Shown piece by piece: positions 15,252 to 18,654 of a stretch of 18,654 bases of DNA; position 1 is the first letter of the stretch; each line of letters starts with the position of its first letter. The notes below the pieces were generated by a model that was given only the letters and a program-made list of their open reading frames with translations, was not told the DNA's origin and made no database searches. Where the stretch lies: positions 20,134-38,787 of the forward strand of contig JBIQJB010000022.1 of NCBI GenBank assembly GCA_044507735.1, read 5' to 3'. This stretch comes from Nitrosopumilales archaeon (GTDB lineage: Archaea; Thermoproteota; Nitrososphaeria; Nitrososphaerales; Nitrososphaeraceae). The translations under genes were made by a program, and so were the position numbers.

Positions 15252-17075
15252 ATGTCAAACAAGTCTATAGGACTCGTGGGCGCACTTGCGATAGCCATAT
15301 TTTTTGTAACTGGAAGCGCGCTTGTGCCAATACTGCCTGTGGTATATGCAGAAAGTGAAGGACCGATCAATGCGGGTTCATTCCGTAGTTCAAGTGCCAG
15401 CGTATCCGGCGTTGCCTGGAGCAATTGGTCGGATGCTAAGACGTCTGATGATCAGCGAGCTACGGTGAGTTTGAATGATGGTCAAAATAGCCAAACCCTC
15501 AATGCAGTAAATTTTGATTTTAATATACCGAGCGATGCAATAATAACAGGTGTTCTCGTAGAAATTGAAAAGAGTGCAGCAACCGCAGATAGAATAAAGG
15601 ACAATACTGTTAGATTGATAACCAGTTCCGGTTCTACAGGTGATAACAAGGCTCTCGATGAATTTTGGGGTACAACTGACGAATATTCTAGCTATGGCGG
15701 AGAGGACGATACATGGGGAGTTAACCTGACACCATCTATAGTAAATTCAAATACTTTTGGTGTAGGGATCTCGGCAATCAAACCGGGGGACGAAGATGCG
15801 GGTGTTCAGGCGAGAGTTGATCATATTCGCATGACGGTCTACTACTTCATTGCAGAACATCAAGGACCGAACGCTCCAGCTAATGCGGCTACCGCAGCTC
15901 GTGCAGGTGCAGATGCAAATTGGGCAAATGTTGACAACATAAAAGCATCAGACAATAGCCGCGCAACAGTGACAGTTGATCACGATGGCGATACAAGTAA
16001 TTACCTGCAAGGCACTGGCTTTAACTTCGATATTCCTGCAGGAGCAACAATACACGGAATTGAATTAAGGATTGAAAGAAGTGAAGCACAAGGTACTGCT
16101 GAGATACGAGACGATGTAGTACGGTTAGTTAAGGGTGGTACGATTGTTGGAAACAACAAAGCTCGTAACGGGGAGTGGCCAACCAGTGATGCGACTGCTA
16201 CATATGGAGGCCCCGGAGAACTCTGGGGAACAACATGGACAGCAAGCGACATCAATGATTCACAATTCGGTTTCGTGTTGTCTGTGGAAAGAGATGGTCG
16301 AAATATGGGCTCGGGTCTAGCAAGGGTTGACTTTGCTTCCATAACCGTATACTACTTCATACCAAACAGCCCACCAGAAGCAGAAAGCGCTGTGGTCACC
16401 ACTTACAAAGACACTCCTGTTCAGTTCAAGCTTAATGCAACCGATGCCGAGGGCGATCCATTCACTTTCTCCATCGTAGATGAACCTTCAAACGGAGAGG
16501 TAGAAATTCTTGATGAAAATACCGGCGAAGCGCAATACACCCCTGACGCCGGCTTTGAAGGCACCGACTCGTTCACGTTCAAGGCAGGCGACAGCAGCCC
16601 AGCGACTATAACGATCCAGGTGGTGGAAAACACCGACATTGATGGCGACGGTGTTCCAAACAACGAAGACAATTGCCCAACTATTCCGAATACACTCCAA
16701 GATGACAATGACCATGATGGAATCGGGAATCTGTGTGACGAAACACCAAACGGCGACGGCGGTAGCGTCAATCAGGTAGTAGCTCAGGAGTATGCGGACA
16801 AGATTTCGGACAAGATTCAGGAGATTATAGACAATCTACCGATAGATGACCCGAAAAAGACCGCGACAGTTGACCCGAACGACCTGATACCTGAACTTAA
16901 CCTGTCGGGAACTCTCCTGCCCAATGGCGAGACTCTACAATATGAGACACTCTCCGACCTGCAGCCCTATATTTCACCGACACTGGCTTGGGCATTCCAC
17001 ATGGCGGGAATCGACTGGAACTCGCTGTCGCCAGAACAGCAGGCTTGGCTATACGTACAAGTAGTGCTGTTGTAA
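15252..17075 (+). CDS. Modular secreted/surface protein: two tandem ~168-aa beta-rich domains, a Big_9/cadherin-like domain, a thrombospondin type-3 repeat and a C-terminal helical tail
   Basis: Signal peptide; internal duplication (15354-15851 and 15858-16361); NSPPEA...LNATDAEGDPFTFSIV..PSNG...YTPDAGFEGTDSFTFKA (Big_9); DIDGDGVPNNEDNCP...DNDHDGIGNLCD (TSP3, 16635-16739). Confidence 0.85.
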   Translation: MSNKSIGLVGALAIAIFFVTGSALVPILPVVYAESEGPINAGSFRSSSASVSGVAWSNWSDAKTSDDQRATVSLNDGQNSQTLNAVNFDFNIPSDAIITGVLVEIEKSAATADRIKDNTVRLITSSGSTGDNKALDEFWGTTDEYSSYGGEDDTWGVNLTPSIVNSNTFGVGISAIKPGDEDAGVQARVDHIRMTVYYFIAEHQGPNAPANAATAARAGADANWANVDNIKASDNSRATVTVDHDGDTSNYLQGTGFNFDIPAGATIHGIELRIERSEAQGTAEIRDDVVRLVKGGTIVGNNKARNGEWPTSDATATYGGPGELWGTTWTASDINDSQFGFVLSVERDGRNMGSGLARVDFASITVYYFIPNSPPEAESAVVTTYKDTPVQFKLNATDAEGDPFTFSIVDEPSNGEVEILDENTGEAQYTPDAGFEGTDSFTFKAGDSSPATITIQVVENTDIDGDGVPNNEDNCPTIPNTLQDDNDHDGIGNLCDETPNGDGGSVNQVVAQEYADKISDKIQEIIDNLPIDDPKKTATVDPNDLIPELNLSGTLLPNGETLQYETLSDLQPYISPTLAWAFHMAGIDWNSLSPEQQAWLYVQVVLL

Positions 17076-17077
17076 CA

Positions 17078-17109
17078 TCCCCCCCTTCTTTTCCTTTTTT
17101 CCTTCTTTC
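17078..17109 (+). terminator. Pyrimidine/oligo-T tract after the surface-protein gene
   Basis: C-run followed by TTCTTTTCCTTTTTTCCTTCTTTC directly after the stop at 17075. Confidence 0.6.
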
Positions 17110-17850
17110 AACCTACCCTAGTCCTCTACAAATAGCACCACAGAGCAACAACGAATCAGGAAGATATTGCTGCGTATGTAGTTTGACGCCGGGAAATAGC
17201 ATCGAATCAGAACAATTTTTCCTGTACGTTCGTCCTCAATTGTTGTGCCAAGATTGGCTGGTGGACATAACCTTAAAGTTCTCCTCACTAGTGCCAGATA
17301 TCGACAGCAATCAGCTCTTTCGAGCTATGGGGTGCGGCATATAGCTTCTCACAGGAGGGCAGAGCGGGCTCGCATGTACGAGTACAGCTGGTCGCGGAGA
17401 CAAGATAGGATCCCTGCTGCTTCAACTACTGCCCTTGTCGGTAATGAAGCCGTAGAAGGCAGAGGTATGGGGAGCAACGTCTCTACCGCACCACCTGTCG
17501 TAAATTTGCTTTAGATTATGGGAATGTAGCGTACCCTGGACAGGATTGCAAAGTGCCTGAGGGGTAGCAAATGCTGGTCCCAAAAATCCGAGCAGTAAAG
17601 TTCGAGGCCGCCCAAGCTGTTATCAGAGTTAAATCATCAAGACAATAAGAAGAGACGAGGTAGAAAAAAACGGGCCGGACTGCAAACTAGGCGCGCATGA
17701 GTCGACAGCAAGGGACGGTGGCATGGAATATTGCGTGAACTACATCAGGAAATTGCTGCATCTGTGGTGTCCCTCATTTGAGGGACAAATTTCAATCTTG
17801 CATCGGATGAAGATGTGGACTGCCATCAAGACAAAATCCTTTGAAATCGT

Positions 17851-18096
17851 TTACTCTGCATAGATAGCACTAGAGTCCTCTTCTGGTGACAAGGGCTTGC
17901 CTGACATCGTCCTGTACTTTACGATAACGACTGATTGGCCCTGATAGGTGTCGTGATCCTTGGCCGACCTGGGCACCAACTCCTGATCAAATACCACGTC
18001 TATCACTTCAACATCTGATCTTGACATGAACCTGTTTGCCGCTTGTTCTAATTCGGCTTCGTGACCTATTGCGCTTGAAAAAATTTTGATTTGCAT
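17851..18096 (-). CDS. Small hypothetical protein resembling the Cse60-like family
   Basis: MQIKIFSS...ELEQAANRFMS..DVEVIDVVF...SVVIVKY pattern. A TATA-like CTTATAG lies about 25 nt upstream of ATG 18096. Confidence 0.6.
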   Translation of the reverse strand: MQIKIFSSAIGHEAELEQAANRFMSRSDVEVIDVVFDQELVPRSAKDHDTYQGQSVVIVKYRTMSGKPLSPEEDSSAIYAE

Positions 18097-18514
18097 GACT
18101 ATTTTGGGGTTTGTTCTGCTATAAGAATAGCTATCTTCATTTCCTACTCTACACCTCTTTTCGTGGCCGAACTCAGAATAATCCTGCCCAATTTTCAACA
18201 TCGATCTCTATGCCGCAATTCCTTTTAGCAAGGACACCTGATAACCGTGCTATCGTGGAAGCCTTGCCGAGTTAAAATGTTCACATTTCTTCACATTTCT
18301 TCACATCAATTACTTTCCTCAGGAAATGGTGCTTTCTATATTTACGACCCTTCAGACGTGCTCAAGTCTTGTACGTGCAAGTCGATGCGTTTTATTGGCA
18401 ATGATGATTCTGGCTGGGATATGAAATTCAAGAATTTCTGTGACGACAACAAATCTGAACCCGTTACCGGGAATGGGGATTGACGCGCACGTGGCTCAGA
18501 GTCAGTCAGCCAAG

Positions 18515-18652
18515 TCAACCACGGATGCATCTTGCGATCTCGTCGTATGAACCAAAGGTCTTGCTTGCCTCTGGAAAGTGCATCTTTATCGCTCTTGCCG
18601 CAGACTTTGCGAACAGCTCAGAGGCGTCATATCTCTTTACCAGCTTTGCGAA
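18515..18652 (-). CDS. C-terminal part of a gene entering from the right edge
   Basis: Open frame FAKLVKRYDASELFAKSAARAIKMHFPEASKTFGSYDEIARCIRG* runs from the window edge. Function not recognisable. Confidence 0.5.
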   Translation of the reverse strand, partial: FAKLVKRYDASELFAKSAARAIKMHFPEASKTFGSYDEIARCIRG

Positions 18653-18654
18653 CT

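Noticed and set aside
17670-17810. Cys-rich fragments (DCKLGAHE...YCVN / CCICGVPH) suggesting a frameshifted zinc-binding gene
   Set aside because: Split over two frames with no clear start; too weak to call.
7257-18654. tRNA-Trp-integrated mobile element or provirus
   Set aside because: No integrase, transposase, viral hallmark gene or convincing duplicate of the tRNA 3' end within the window.
1-18654. CRISPR array or rRNA gene
   Set aside because: No regularly spaced 24-40 bp repeats and no rRNA-like sequence seen.

Overview
This is a chromosomal window from an ammonia-oxidising archaeon, most likely Nitrososphaera-like (Nitrososphaerales). The evidence is an archaeal amoA, a TFB, an intron-containing archaeal tRNA and thaumarchaeal small-protein families. 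The left part holds a 5'-truncated HtrA/DegP protease, cofG-cofH (F420 precursor FO synthase), an alternative TFB, a membrane-anchored winged-helix regulator, a secreted protein and a tRNA-Trp(CCA) with two introns (37/38 and 58/59). After the tRNA the region looks accessory. It contains an Asp-box/BNR propeller protein, a DUF3892-like protein, a stand-alone and apparently divergent amoA with no neighbouring amoX/amoB/amoC, two DUF6659-like paralogues, small membrane and zinc-finger proteins, and a bacterial-type alanine dehydrogenase homologue with a ~30-aa insertion. It ends with an AbrB-type regulator divergent from a modular surface protein across a repeat-rich spacer. No CRISPR array, integrase or transposase was seen. 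All family assignments come from motif recognition by eye; no database search was run.
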